Shown here piece after piece: positions 37,911-46,601 of a DNA stretch of 64,000 nt. Position 1 is the first letter of the stretch, and each line of letters opens with the position of its first letter. The translations under genes were made by a program, and so were the position numbers. The notes beneath the pieces were generated by a model. That model was not told the DNA's origin and ran no database searches. It was given only the letters and a program-made list of their open reading frames with translations. The stretch is from Acidilobaceae archaeon (GTDB lineage Archaea; Thermoproteota; Thermoprotei_A; Sulfolobales; Acidilobaceae). Where the stretch lies: assembly GCA_038824665.1 (NCBI GenBank), contig JAWBBK010000001.1:256001-320000 (forward strand), read 5' to 3'.

Positions 37911-40631
37911 TTGATGAAAGCCAAAAGTTTTGCTGCTTTGAGTCTGATAGCTTGGATTATAGCGGTCGCGTTGATGACTTCTCAGGTCGGGATGTTAGAG
38001 GAGAGATTATCGTACGACGAGACTATCTTCTTACGCAAAGAGCTAGAGAGCTATGTGGGTCTCTCTAAGCTAAACGAAGCAGGGTTACAGATGAAAACTG
38101 GTGAAACTATAGTCGTTATATATAAGCCTGTAGACTTGAGCAGAGCTAGACTCGTCGAGAGCGTTCTGCAGGAATCTTTGAGAGAGTTTGGAGGAACTAT
38201 CATAGGCCCCTACTCGCTATACTCTCAAGTGGTTAATACAGCGCTCTATCAGCTCTCAACTAAGATAGCTGAGTCCCTTTCAAGCTATGAGCTTTTAGTT
38301 AAAACTGGACGTTCTGCTAACGAAACAGCTACATATCTCCAGATTGGGCTAGAGAGAACCTATGGGTTAGCTGAGACCTTTATGACCTTTTATCTCTTCG
38401 CAGTTCAGCAAGGACATCCGGACCCAGGTCTCTATGCTTATGAACAGCTCAGTAGAGCTGTATCTTCTGAGATGAAGCCTCTTCTCGACTTCTTCTATAC
38501 AGCCTTCTCTAGCTACGAGCGAGAACTCGCTCTAGAAGAAGCGGCTAAGAAAGCCGCTATTGATTTAGGACGTTCTCTAGACCCGACTTTAGCTCAAGCT
38601 ATGGAGTTCTTCGATCTAAACAACTACAGAGACAAGGACAGAGTCCTTCTATACGTCTACAATGCGTTCGGTCTTGAGAGCCTCCTCAGATTCGAAGTCT
38701 TTAAAGCTCTAGTGAAAAGCCCTCAGCCTGTAGCGCTAGCTTTAATCAAAGAAGAGCTTTCTAGAGCAGACCTATGTCTTACTGAGGCTTTTGAAAGATC
38801 GTTAAAAGGAGAGGGTCCTGAGTTGGCTATCGGTGTGTGCAAGACCTTCGTTGAGACGAAGCTTGTTCCTTTTCCTCAAGGTATTCCTGAAGACCTTAGA
38901 CTTACATTCTTCTCTTTAGACGGAAAGTACTCTTTAGCTATAGGTTACACTTCTGTAGCGCTTAAAACCGAACAGGCTCTAAATGTTGAGAAGTACATCA
39001 GAGAGAGATTAGAGGGAGCTTTAGAGGAGCTTCATCTTTACGGCACGATTAACGTGAAGACTGAGAGACTCAAGGTTCTCGAGGAGGACAGCGGAAGAGT
39101 AGACAAGATAGTAGCGGCCTCTCTTCTAGTTATCACTACAACTCTCTTGGGAACCTTTTCTGCCTCTATACTGATATTCGTTGTTACAATAATTGCCCTC
39201 ATTACAGCCTTAGGGATAATAAGCATCGCGGCTCTCTACACTGACATTTACTATCTGGGCAGACTCTTCATAGTCCCTCTAGTTTTCAGCATATCTGCCG
39301 ATTACTCAATATACTATCTTTTCAGGGTTCTCGAGGAGAAGGAGAAAGGGAAGAGCTGGAACGATGCGGTTGTAGAGGCCTGGCGCAAGGTGTCTATAGC
39401 GCTTGCAATAGGCGGCTTGACTGGCATCGCAGGCTTCGCTGCGTTTCTCTTGAGCGACCACGGGTTGCTTAGAAGTGTCGGTATAGCTCTTTTGATCAGC
39501 GTCGCTATAGCCTTCTTGGCTAGTCTCACTCTCACTCCCGCTATACTTTTCTTCGCTGGAGAGAGACTTGTGGCTTGGCCTAGAAGAGAGCTGAAGATAC
39601 CGGCTAGAGGGCTCGGGCCGAAACTGAGAAGAGCGTCCGAGCTAGTTTTGAGGTTCAGAACTCATATAATCTTAGCTTCTCTCATAGTTTTGGCTATCGG
39701 TCTCTACTTTGTCGCTACAACTCCTGTCACTCAGAATGTTTATCTAAGTTTTCCTCGAGACTCGAACTTCGTCAAGATGAGTGAGATCCTCTTTACACAC
39801 TTCGATGTATCAAGGTTCTCAACTCTGCTTGTCGTAGCTGAGGGACAGAAGGAAGAACTCGAGACAGTAATCCGAGACCTCGAGTCTAGAGGGGTTATCG
39901 TGAGACACAGAACGTTAGCTGAAGAGCCTTATGTTGTTGTTGAGCTAGGCATAGCTGAAGACCCGCTGGGAGACGGCGCTAGAAAAGTAGTTTATGAGGT
40001 AAGGAGGGCTCTATCGGAACACAACATAAAAGCGTACGTTACAGGACTGTCTCCATTGCTTTCTGATACAATAGACGATCTAATGAAGGCGTTTTACATG
40101 AGGACTCTTCCAATAGCTCTATTGTTCGTAGCTTTAGTAATAGGGGTTCTTACAGGAAGTCTCTTCCAATCGGTTAGGATATTAGTTACAGCAGTCTTAG
40201 CTCTTCTTGTTAGCATCGTTGCGACAACCTCCTTTTTCAACTTCTATCTAGAACTACCTCATTTCACAAAGTCTGACAGCCTCTTCTATTGGGTCGTACC
40301 CATAATCCTTTGGGGCTTCACTATATCGACAGGAGTAGACTTTGAGGCCTTCCTGACCGCTAGGATCAAAGAAGAGTACGAGAGACTGAGAGACGTGAAC
40401 TCATCTGTTCTAGAAGCTGTAGAGAAAACAGGCGTAGTGATAAGCGTGTTAGCAGTGATATATATAGCCGCCTTTGGTTCTTTAACCACATCATCTATAC
40501 CTCTGCTTAAGATGATAGGCTTCGCCATAGCCGTATTCTTCTTCGTAGATGCTTTCATCACGAAAGTCGCAGTAGTTCCCGCTTACGTAAGCGCGCTGGA
40601 TAAGCTGAACTGGTGGCCTCGAGAAAGATAG
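37911..40631 (+). CDS. MMPL family (RND superfamily) transporter
   Basis: Two TM clusters, ADYSIYYLFRVLEE, GVDFEAFL.ARIKEE, TGVVIS, NWWP end. Confidence 0.9.
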   Translation: MMKAKSFAALSLIAWIIAVALMTSQVGMLEERLSYDETIFLRKELESYVGLSKLNEAGLQMKTGETIVVIYKPVDLSRARLVESVLQESLREFGGTIIGPYSLYSQVVNTALYQLSTKIAESLSSYELLVKTGRSANETATYLQIGLERTYGLAETFMTFYLFAVQQGHPDPGLYAYEQLSRAVSSEMKPLLDFFYTAFSSYERELALEEAAKKAAIDLGRSLDPTLAQAMEFFDLNNYRDKDRVLLYVYNAFGLESLLRFEVFKALVKSPQPVALALIKEELSRADLCLTEAFERSLKGEGPELAIGVCKTFVETKLVPFPQGIPEDLRLTFFSLDGKYSLAIGYTSVALKTEQALNVEKYIRERLEGALEELHLYGTINVKTERLKVLEEDSGRVDKIVAASLLVITTTLLGTFSASILIFVVTIIALITALGIISIAALYTDIYYLGRLFIVPLVFSISADYSIYYLFRVLEEKEKGKSWNDAVVEAWRKVSIALAIGGLTGIAGFAAFLLSDHGLLRSVGIALLISVAIAFLASLTLTPAILFFAGERLVAWPRRELKIPARGLGPKLRRASELVLRFRTHIILASLIVLAIGLYFVATTPVTQNVYLSFPRDSNFVKMSEILFTHFDVSRFSTLLVVAEGQKEELETVIRDLESRGVIVRHRTLAEEPYVVVELGIAEDPLGDGARKVVYEVRRALSEHNIKAYVTGLSPLLSDTIDDLMKAFYMRTLPIALLFVALVIGVLTGSLFQSVRILVTAVLALLVSIVATTSFFNFYLELPHFTKSDSLFYWVVPIILWGFTISTGVDFEAFLTARIKEEYERLRDVNSSVLEAVEKTGVVISVLAVIYIAAFGSLTTSSIPLLKMIGFAIAVFFFVDAFITKVAVVPAYVSALDKLNWWPRER

Positions 40632-41005
40632 AGGAATATATAATAGCCTCTGATGATTTAGATACGAATCAGGCGGTCGAGTTGGTGTCGTGGAGAAGAG
40701 CTTTCGAGGCCTCAGTAATTTTAGTGTTGATGTATCTAGTCGTTATGGTTTTAGGTGGAACCATGCTACTCACTGGAATGGCAGCTATGACCCTCAGCAG
40801 AGCTCTAATTCCTATTGGGGTTCTCCTGATGTTCTTTGGATACCTGATCATATTGCTTGGAGCCACTACCGTGATCTTCAAGATGTTCACAGACCTGGTT
40901 GGAGAGGAGGTAGAGGATAGACTGATCACAAAGATCGACCTCATTAGACGAGAAATACAAAGCTTATCGAAGTTGGCTGAGCGACGTGAAGGAGGAGAGA
41001 GTTAG
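40613..41005 (+). CDS. Small two-TM membrane protein
   Basis: Two hydrophobic helices plus charged tail; overlaps MMPL gene end. Confidence 0.7.
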   Translation: MASRKIEEYIIASDDLDTNQAVELVSWRRAFEASVILVLMYLVVMVLGGTMLLTGMAAMTLSRALIPIGVLLMFFGYLIILLGATTVIFKMFTDLVGEEVEDRLITKIDLIRREIQSLSKLAERREGGES

Positions 41006-41160
41006 AAGAAGAAGGCGTCTGGAGACTTCTTCATCATCTCTTCTCTTTTCTTCTCCAAGAGTTCTATCAAGAGTTCGAGTAGCTCCTCCTCTTCGTCGTG
41101 TACTCTTTTACGCACATTCTTACTAATAGCTCTTGAAGCTCTCTTTTTGATCATCAACAC
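41002..41160 (-). CDS. Candidate 52-aa small protein (basic N-half, acidic/Leu helix, FFF end)
   Basis: MLMIKKRASRAISKNVRKRVHDEEEELLELLIELLEKKREEMMKKSPDAFFF; GGGAG upstream; below ORF-track cutoff. Confidence 0.6.
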   Translation of the reverse strand: MLMIKKRASRAISKNVRKRVHDEEEELLELLIELLEKKREEMMKKSPDAFFF

Positions 41161-41224
41161 GCTCTCCCGCTTTCAGAAGTTCGAGTATCGTCACTATAGT
41201 ATTTGATAGAATGGACCCCGCGAG

Positions 41225-41305
41225 AGGTCTTGATAGACCTTATATATACAATTGTTTCGAAACAATAATTTTTTTAATAAAATTTTAAAAAAACAGATTT
41301 TTAGC
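41225..41305 (-). promoter_or_regulatory. TATA box flanked by two palindromes plus AT-rich tract
   Basis: AGGTCT-N4-AGACCT (41225-41240), TATATATAAG on minus strand (41239-41248), perfect palindrome ATTGTTTCGAAACAAT (41251-41266). Confidence 0.65.
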
Positions 41306-41392
41306 AAGATTTGAGATCGAAGTAGTTCTTTTCCATCTATATGAACTTCTATAGAGGTTTTGGATCGAAAAGCTTCAGCGAAGGTGGAAGCA

Positions 41393-41469
41393 TGGTGGGC
41401 CCGCGGGGACTCGAACCCCGGACCTCCGCCGTGTAAGGGCGGCGTCCTACCAGGCTAGACGACGGGCCC
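41393..41469 (-). tRNA. tRNA-Val(TAC), CCA encoded
   Basis: GGGCCCGTCGTCTAGCCTGGTAGGACGCCGCCCTTACACGGCGGAGGTCCGGGGTTCGAGTCCCCGCGGGCCCACCA. Confidence 0.97.
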
Positions 41470-41534
41470 CCACCACAGCCTGTCTGCTCCAGGCTAATAA
41501 GCGCCTACCTTTTATACAGCTTAGGGGATAGCTT

Positions 41535-42026
41535 CTGAAACTTCGACGGAAGGCGGTAGTGTTCGACATAGACGGGGTTCTTATCGACTCTAGTTCCAGA
41601 TTAGAAGCTTGTTTGAACGAAGCAGGAGCCAGAAAATTAGAGGAGCTCAGAGGAGGCTCTAGAGAAAGGTTCTGGAGTTGCTTTCTGAGCGAAAGATATC
41701 TCTATCTCGATAGGCCTAGGTCTGAGTACGTCAGATTAGCTCTTGACTATGCCTCTAGAGGCTATGCAATAGTGATCGTCACAGGCAGACCTGAGTTCAT
41801 GAAGGAGCTGACTTTCAAACAGCTTGAAGAAATCGGACTGTTCTCCATTATGTCTGAAGCCCTATTCAGGAAGAACGGTGATCGCAGGAGCGACTCTCTG
41901 GTCAAAATAGAGGCGCTAAAGAAGGTAGTCTCTAAATACGATGTTGTTGCTGTCTATGAAGACTCGCAGGACGTAGCTGAAGAGATAAAGAGGACTCTAC
42001 CTCAGCTTAGAGTAGTTCTTGTTTAG
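41535..42026 (+). CDS. HAD phosphatase, PNKP-phosphatase-like
   Basis: KAVVFDIDG, VTGRP, FRKNGDRRSD..VK, VYEDS; start extended to in-frame CTG 41535. Confidence 0.82.
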   Translation: MKLRRKAVVFDIDGVLIDSSSRLEACLNEAGARKLEELRGGSRERFWSCFLSERYLYLDRPRSEYVRLALDYASRGYAIVIVTGRPEFMKELTFKQLEEIGLFSIMSEALFRKNGDRRSDSLVKIEALKKVVSKYDVVAVYEDSQDVAEEIKRTLPQLRVVLV

Positions 42027-42175
42027 AAGGTTTCATAAGCTAGCGACCTCTTTGACTCTTGAGAGCTTGTATTAGGATAGCGTATGACATTAAGACTGAG
42101 GCCTTTAGTCTACACGGTCAGGAAGACAACAAGAGCAATAGACACAACTGAAGAGAGAAAAAGCTAGACGTAGAG

Positions 42176-42478
42176 ATGGTTGAGGTAGACACTCTCTTAG
42201 ACCTCTACGGCTTGACGTTCGATTACTCTCGACTTCTCGTAGCGAATCTGTCTTCTAGCTTGTCTCTAAAGAAGCAGTATAGAACTCTCTTCAGCAAGGC
42301 TCTCAGCCTTTTGGAAGAAGCTGAAGTGACAGGAACCCTCGTTTCAGACATCGAGCAGTTCGTCGTGCTAGCGAAGTCTATATCACGAAAGACTATCCCT
42401 ATGCTTAACTTCCTGAAAGCGGACGATGTAATTGACCGGCTGTCTTCTTTAGTTGAAAAAGAACACACTCACCAATAG
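42176..42478 (+). CDS. Hypothetical protein
   Basis: 100-aa helical ORF co-oriented with neighbours. Confidence 0.55.
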   Translation: MVEVDTLLDLYGLTFDYSRLLVANLSSSLSLKKQYRTLFSKALSLLEEAEVTGTLVSDIEQFVVLAKSISRKTIPMLNFLKADDVIDRLSSLVEKEHTHQ

Positions 42479-42531
42479 TCTTAATTAGACCTCTTAAAAG
42501 ATAGAGGGCGTGAGAGCTGGGGCTTGAAGCT

Positions 42532-43587
42532 TTGAAGCTCTCGGCTAGGGAGGTCAAGCTGGAGGGGTTTGTGGCCGTTAGAGGTCCAGCAGTCGTTTCT
42601 GTTGTTCAGGGAGTTGTAGAGGTAATGGGATTTCTTCTCAAAGAGGGAACAGGTTTCGTAATACCTAGAGCTCGGGTAGCGATTCTGAGAGGAGAGGGAG
42701 CGACCATAGAGATAACGGGCGTTTCCAACGGTTCTGTGGTCGAGTTGCCTCAAGCAGAGTACGAAGAGATCTACAAGCTAGCGGAAGAGGCCTCACGCAA
42801 GAGAACTATGATCGTAGGTCCTGTAGATGTAGGTAAGAGCACTCTAGCTTCTATCATAGCTGGACGAGCGTTGAACTCTGGGCTGAGAGCAGAACTCATG
42901 ACTATAGACGTAGGTCAAAACGAGATTTACTGTCCTGGATTCTCTGCTCTAGCTTCTGTGAACCCTCCGGCAATACCGGGCAATTCCGATTCCTTCACTG
43001 TTGTCTCCTCTTGTTTTGTTGGCTCCTTTTCGCCTAGCTTCATGTTGGAGAGATATATGAAATGTGCACAAGAACTTTCTCGCTTAGCTTCTAACACGCT
43101 AGTAGTAGACACAGACGGTTGGGTTGAGAACAAGGGACTCGAGGTCAAGGCTAAGGTCGCTCTAGATATTGGGATTAAGCTCGTTATAGCCTTGGGACTC
43201 GATAATGAGAAGGTCAAGACGTTCTTAGACGCAGGTCTTGACACAATTGTCTTCAAGCCTTTGGCTCGCTCAATCAAAACAAGCGAAGAGAGGAGACTAC
43301 ACAGAGAGAGGCTAATAGCTCAAAAGCTAGCAGGCGCTAGACAGCTATCGGTTCCATTAGACTTAGTCAGGTTTCTAGGAGACAAACCTAAGCTGAGACC
43401 AGGCTTTGGAGTTATAGCCTCTGCTTACGCTAGAGGGCAAGCACATCCAGGAGTGATCGTTAGAGTTGACGAGAAGAAAAGTAGAGCTATAGTGTTGACT
43501 AAAGCAACCGACATCTTAGAGCTAGTTGAGGTCGGGGTCTCAGAGATAGACTTGTCATGGCTTCAGGAGATCTCCAACATTAGCTAA
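42532..43587 (+). CDS. Clp1/Grc3-family polynucleotide 5'-kinase
   Basis: GPVDVGKST, IDVGQ, FVGSFSP, VDTDGW, EERRLHRE. Confidence 0.88.
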   Translation: MKLSAREVKLEGFVAVRGPAVVSVVQGVVEVMGFLLKEGTGFVIPRARVAILRGEGATIEITGVSNGSVVELPQAEYEEIYKLAEEASRKRTMIVGPVDVGKSTLASIIAGRALNSGLRAELMTIDVGQNEIYCPGFSALASVNPPAIPGNSDSFTVVSSCFVGSFSPSFMLERYMKCAQELSRLASNTLVVDTDGWVENKGLEVKAKVALDIGIKLVIALGLDNEKVKTFLDAGLDTIVFKPLARSIKTSEERRLHRERLIAQKLAGARQLSVPLDLVRFLGDKPKLRPGFGVIASAYARGQAHPGVIVRVDEKKSRAIVLTKATDILELVEVGVSEIDLSWLQEISNIS

Positions 43588-43692
43588 GACCACTACTTTA
43601 CAGAAATTTAGCTCTAGTCGTTCGAGAACTTCTGTGTTCAGGACTTAAAGGGGCTTAAAGAGATTTTGTTCTGAAGGGAGAGGTGATAGGAG

Positions 43693-44679
43693 ACGAAGAG
43701 AGCAAAGCTAGGAAAGAGCAACGTTAGCGTTAGCTCGATAGGTCTTGGCTTATGGCAAGCTGGCTCTAGGCTTTGGTCTTCTCAGCTCTCTTCTAAAGAC
43801 CTAGCGGAGGCTTTAGAGATAGCTCGAAGCTTTGGGATAGACCTTTTGGACACAGCTGAACTCTATGGATGGGGTAGATCTGAGGCTCTGTTAGGACAAG
43901 CGCTCAGCATAGTAGGCAGAGAAGGCTTCTTCGTAGCGAGCAAGGTGGCAGGCTTCAGAACGAGCTCTGATGAGGTGGTCAAGGCTGTAGCGGCTATCGA
44001 TAGAAGGCTGGGGTTTTCAGTGGATTTGATACAGCTTCACTGGCCTCCTCCTTTCTGGATAGACCTTTGTAGACCTATAAGAGGGCTTGAGAAAGCGGTA
44101 TCGGAAGGTCTAGCTCACTATTACGGACTTTCTAACTTTGATGTAGACCTAATTGAAAAAGCTTTAGAGTGTAGCAAAAGGTTAGAGCCAGTAAGCGATC
44201 AGGTTCAGTACAGTCTGGCCTTCAGGACTCCTGAGCTTAAGTTAAAACCTTTTCTCGATTCGAGAGGTCTCACTCTGATAGCTTGGAGCCCTTTGGCTAA
44301 AGGAGCTTTGGCTGGAGCTAGACCCACTAGTCTGGCTCAAAGGTTTGACAGAGTCTTCTTCGAGGCCTCTAAGGATTGGGAGTTACAGAAAGCTTTAGAA
44401 ACAGTTTCGGCTAAGCTGAAAGCAAGCAAGGCTCAGATAGCTCTCGCATGGCTCGTGACTAAAAAAGCAATTCCTATACCTGGTTTTAGGAATCCGAAAA
44501 GAGTCGAAGAAATAGCGAGAGCTGGAACTCTAGAACTTCCCGAATGGGCTATAAGAGAGTTAGATGAAGCTTCTCAAAAGTACTTGAATAAATGGGGGTC
44601 TGCTGTCTGGTCTTCTCGCATGAGGCTCGTTCCAGCCTTATTACAAAAGGTTGCGCTTCGAGTCTTGGGAGGAGTTTAA
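43693..44679 (+). CDS. Aldo/keto reductase
   Basis: LGKSNVSVSSIGLGLWQ upstream of the track start, DTAELYG, LIQLHWP, GLSNF, AWSPLAKG, IPIPG. Confidence 0.9.
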   Translation, partial: TKRAKLGKSNVSVSSIGLGLWQAGSRLWSSQLSSKDLAEALEIARSFGIDLLDTAELYGWGRSEALLGQALSIVGREGFFVASKVAGFRTSSDEVVKAVAAIDRRLGFSVDLIQLHWPPPFWIDLCRPIRGLEKAVSEGLAHYYGLSNFDVDLIEKALECSKRLEPVSDQVQYSLAFRTPELKLKPFLDSRGLTLIAWSPLAKGALAGARPTSLAQRFDRVFFEASKDWELQKALETVSAKLKASKAQIALAWLVTKKAIPIPGFRNPKRVEEIARAGTLELPEWAIRELDEASQKYLNKWGSAVWSSRMRLVPALLQKVALRVLGGV

Positions 44680-44686
44680 GGATATC

Positions 44687-45688
44687 TTACTCGTCCAAGT
44701 TGGCTTTGATCACTCTCAAGGCGTTCTCATAAGCTACCTTAGCCAGTTCGTTGTCACTAAATCCTCTTTCTGCGAGCTTAAACAACAGGGCTTCTATCTT
44801 GTCTATAGACTCAAACCCTTTAGGCGGTCTTCTACCTAAGAAGCCAAAGAAGTCTGTGCCTATGGCTAGGACGTCAGCTCCATAGACCTCTTTGACATAA
44901 ACGAAGTGCTGAACTAAGTCGTCGAGAAACGGCTTGTCTTTCTTTGAGACTAGATGAGGAAGAGCCGTTATCCCGATCACCCCCTTTCTAGACGCTAGAG
45001 CCTCCAGAACCTCATCGTCTACGTTACGAGGAGTGTCGACTAGCTTTCTCGGATTGGCATGACTTATTATAGGAGGCTTAGAGGAGAGATTGAGCACGTC
45101 TAGAGCTGTAGCTTTGCTAGCATGAGCTAAGTCTATGATGATACCGAGCTTGTTTGCTGTTCTCACTAACTCTTCACCCTCATCGCTCAAACCTCTGTCT
45201 CTTCTAGCGAAACAGCCTGTTCCGTACTTGTTGCTGTAGTTCCAGGTTATCCCCAAGCTCCTAAGTCCTAGTCTTTTGAACAACACTAGATCGTAAGGGT
45301 CATCGATAGCGTCGGCTCCTTCGAGATGTAGTAAAAGACAAACTCTCCACTCGCCGTTTAGACACTTCTCTGCTTCCTCAGCTCTCTCGATTATCGAGAT
45401 CTCAGGATGTACTTCAGCTAGCCGAAAGTATATGGAGAAGTGCTCGAAGACTAGTCCTTGAGGCAGTCTAAAGGACACAGCAGGGAGCTCTCTGTGTGCT
45501 CTATAAGTCTCTACTCCAGGAAACATGGCTGCAAAGACAATCCTCACGTTCCCTCTTCTGTATTTAGGTAAGTCAGCTTCTCTTTCCTCAACGTCCTCGC
45601 TTAGGTGAGCTAAAGCTAAGCCTCCTCCATGTGTCATGAAGTAGATTGAGATGTCTTCATGAAGATCTACTATGGGGACTTTGAGCAA
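44687..45688 (-). CDS. Membrane dipeptidase (peptidase M19)
   Basis: DLHED, LEGAD, ITWNYSN, IDLAH, ISHAN, RNVDD, IGTDF. Confidence 0.92.
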   Translation of the reverse strand: MLKVPIVDLHEDISIYFMTHGGGLALAHLSEDVEEREADLPKYRRGNVRIVFAAMFPGVETYRAHRELPAVSFRLPQGLVFEHFSIYFRLAEVHPEISIIERAEEAEKCLNGEWRVCLLLHLEGADAIDDPYDLVLFKRLGLRSLGITWNYSNKYGTGCFARRDRGLSDEGEELVRTANKLGIIIDLAHASKATALDVLNLSSKPPIISHANPRKLVDTPRNVDDEVLEALASRKGVIGITALPHLVSKKDKPFLDDLVQHFVYVKEVYGADVLAIGTDFFGFLGRRPPKGFESIDKIEALLFKLAERGFSDNELAKVAYENALRVIKANLDE

Positions 45689-45761
45689 GTTGAAGACACC
45701 GATAGAGTTTTTGGTATGCTTAGCTTTAAGTTCTCAGAGAAAAGGAGAAGAGGGATACTCT

Positions 45762-46484
45762 TTGACTCTTCATCTCAGAGTACGTCCTGGAACTCTGGCA
45801 AGAGATGTCATCGCCTGCGGAGATCCCGCTAGAGTAGACCTGCTCTCAAGTCTCCTAGACGAGGTAAGACTTCTTAGTTCATACAGAGGCTTTAAGGTAG
45901 TCGAAGGTTTTTACAAGAAGCGACGAATAGCTCTAGCTACTCACGGGATTGGAGGCCCAAGTGCAGCCATCGTCTTTGAGGAACTTCGCATGGCTGGAGC
46001 AGAGAGAATCGTAAGGCTAGGGTCAGCAGGAGGGCTAAGGCGAGACGCTAAGGTCGGCGGAGTGGTAGTGGCTACTGGGGCAGGTTATCTTCAAGGAGGT
46101 TGTGCTCTAGGCTCTTACGCGCCCGGCTTCTGTCTCTCGACTTCACCTGACATCGAACTTACGTACAATATCATGAAGTCCTTCAAGGAACATAACATAG
46201 AGTTTGTAGCGGGACCTGTCTTCTCTAACGATGCCTTCTATATGGAAAGCAAAGAGTTTGGCGAGAAGCTGGCGAGGCTCGGCTTCGTGGCAATAGAGAT
46301 GGAGACAGCGACGCTCTTCGCTCTTGGATTCTTACGAGGATTCAAGACAGCTTCGGTTCTCGTAGCAAGCAACGTCCTTTACGAAGAGAACTTTATAGGA
46401 AAGCTTCTCAGCACCGAGGAGCTAGCTGAGACATACATTAAGGTCGGAAGAGCTCTGCTAGAGGCTTTAGTTAGAACACAATAG
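45762..46484 (+). CDS. Purine nucleoside phosphorylase (DeoD/MTAP hexameric type)
   Basis: GDPARV, THGIGGPSAAIVFEEL, RLGSAGG, FSNDAFY, IEMETA; start likely TTG 45762. Confidence 0.9.
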   Translation: MTLHLRVRPGTLARDVIACGDPARVDLLSSLLDEVRLLSSYRGFKVVEGFYKKRRIALATHGIGGPSAAIVFEELRMAGAERIVRLGSAGGLRRDAKVGGVVVATGAGYLQGGCALGSYAPGFCLSTSPDIELTYNIMKSFKEHNIEFVAGPVFSNDAFYMESKEFGEKLARLGFVAIEMETATLFALGFLRGFKTASVLVASNVLYEENFIGKLLSTEELAETYIKVGRALLEALVRTQ

Positions 46485-46601
46485 CGAACTTGTTTCAACA
46501 TTGTCTTTTGTAGTACGTCAGATAGTATAACGAAAATTATTAAGGTCTCAAATATAGTTGAAAGAGGTCTCAGACACAACAGAAACTGAGGTGTTTCTAT
46601 A

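Noticed and set aside
34749-41469. Segment between tRNA-Asp and tRNA-Val as a possible integrated element
   Set aside because: No integrase, no duplicated tRNA 3' end, and it contains housekeeping pdxS/pdxT
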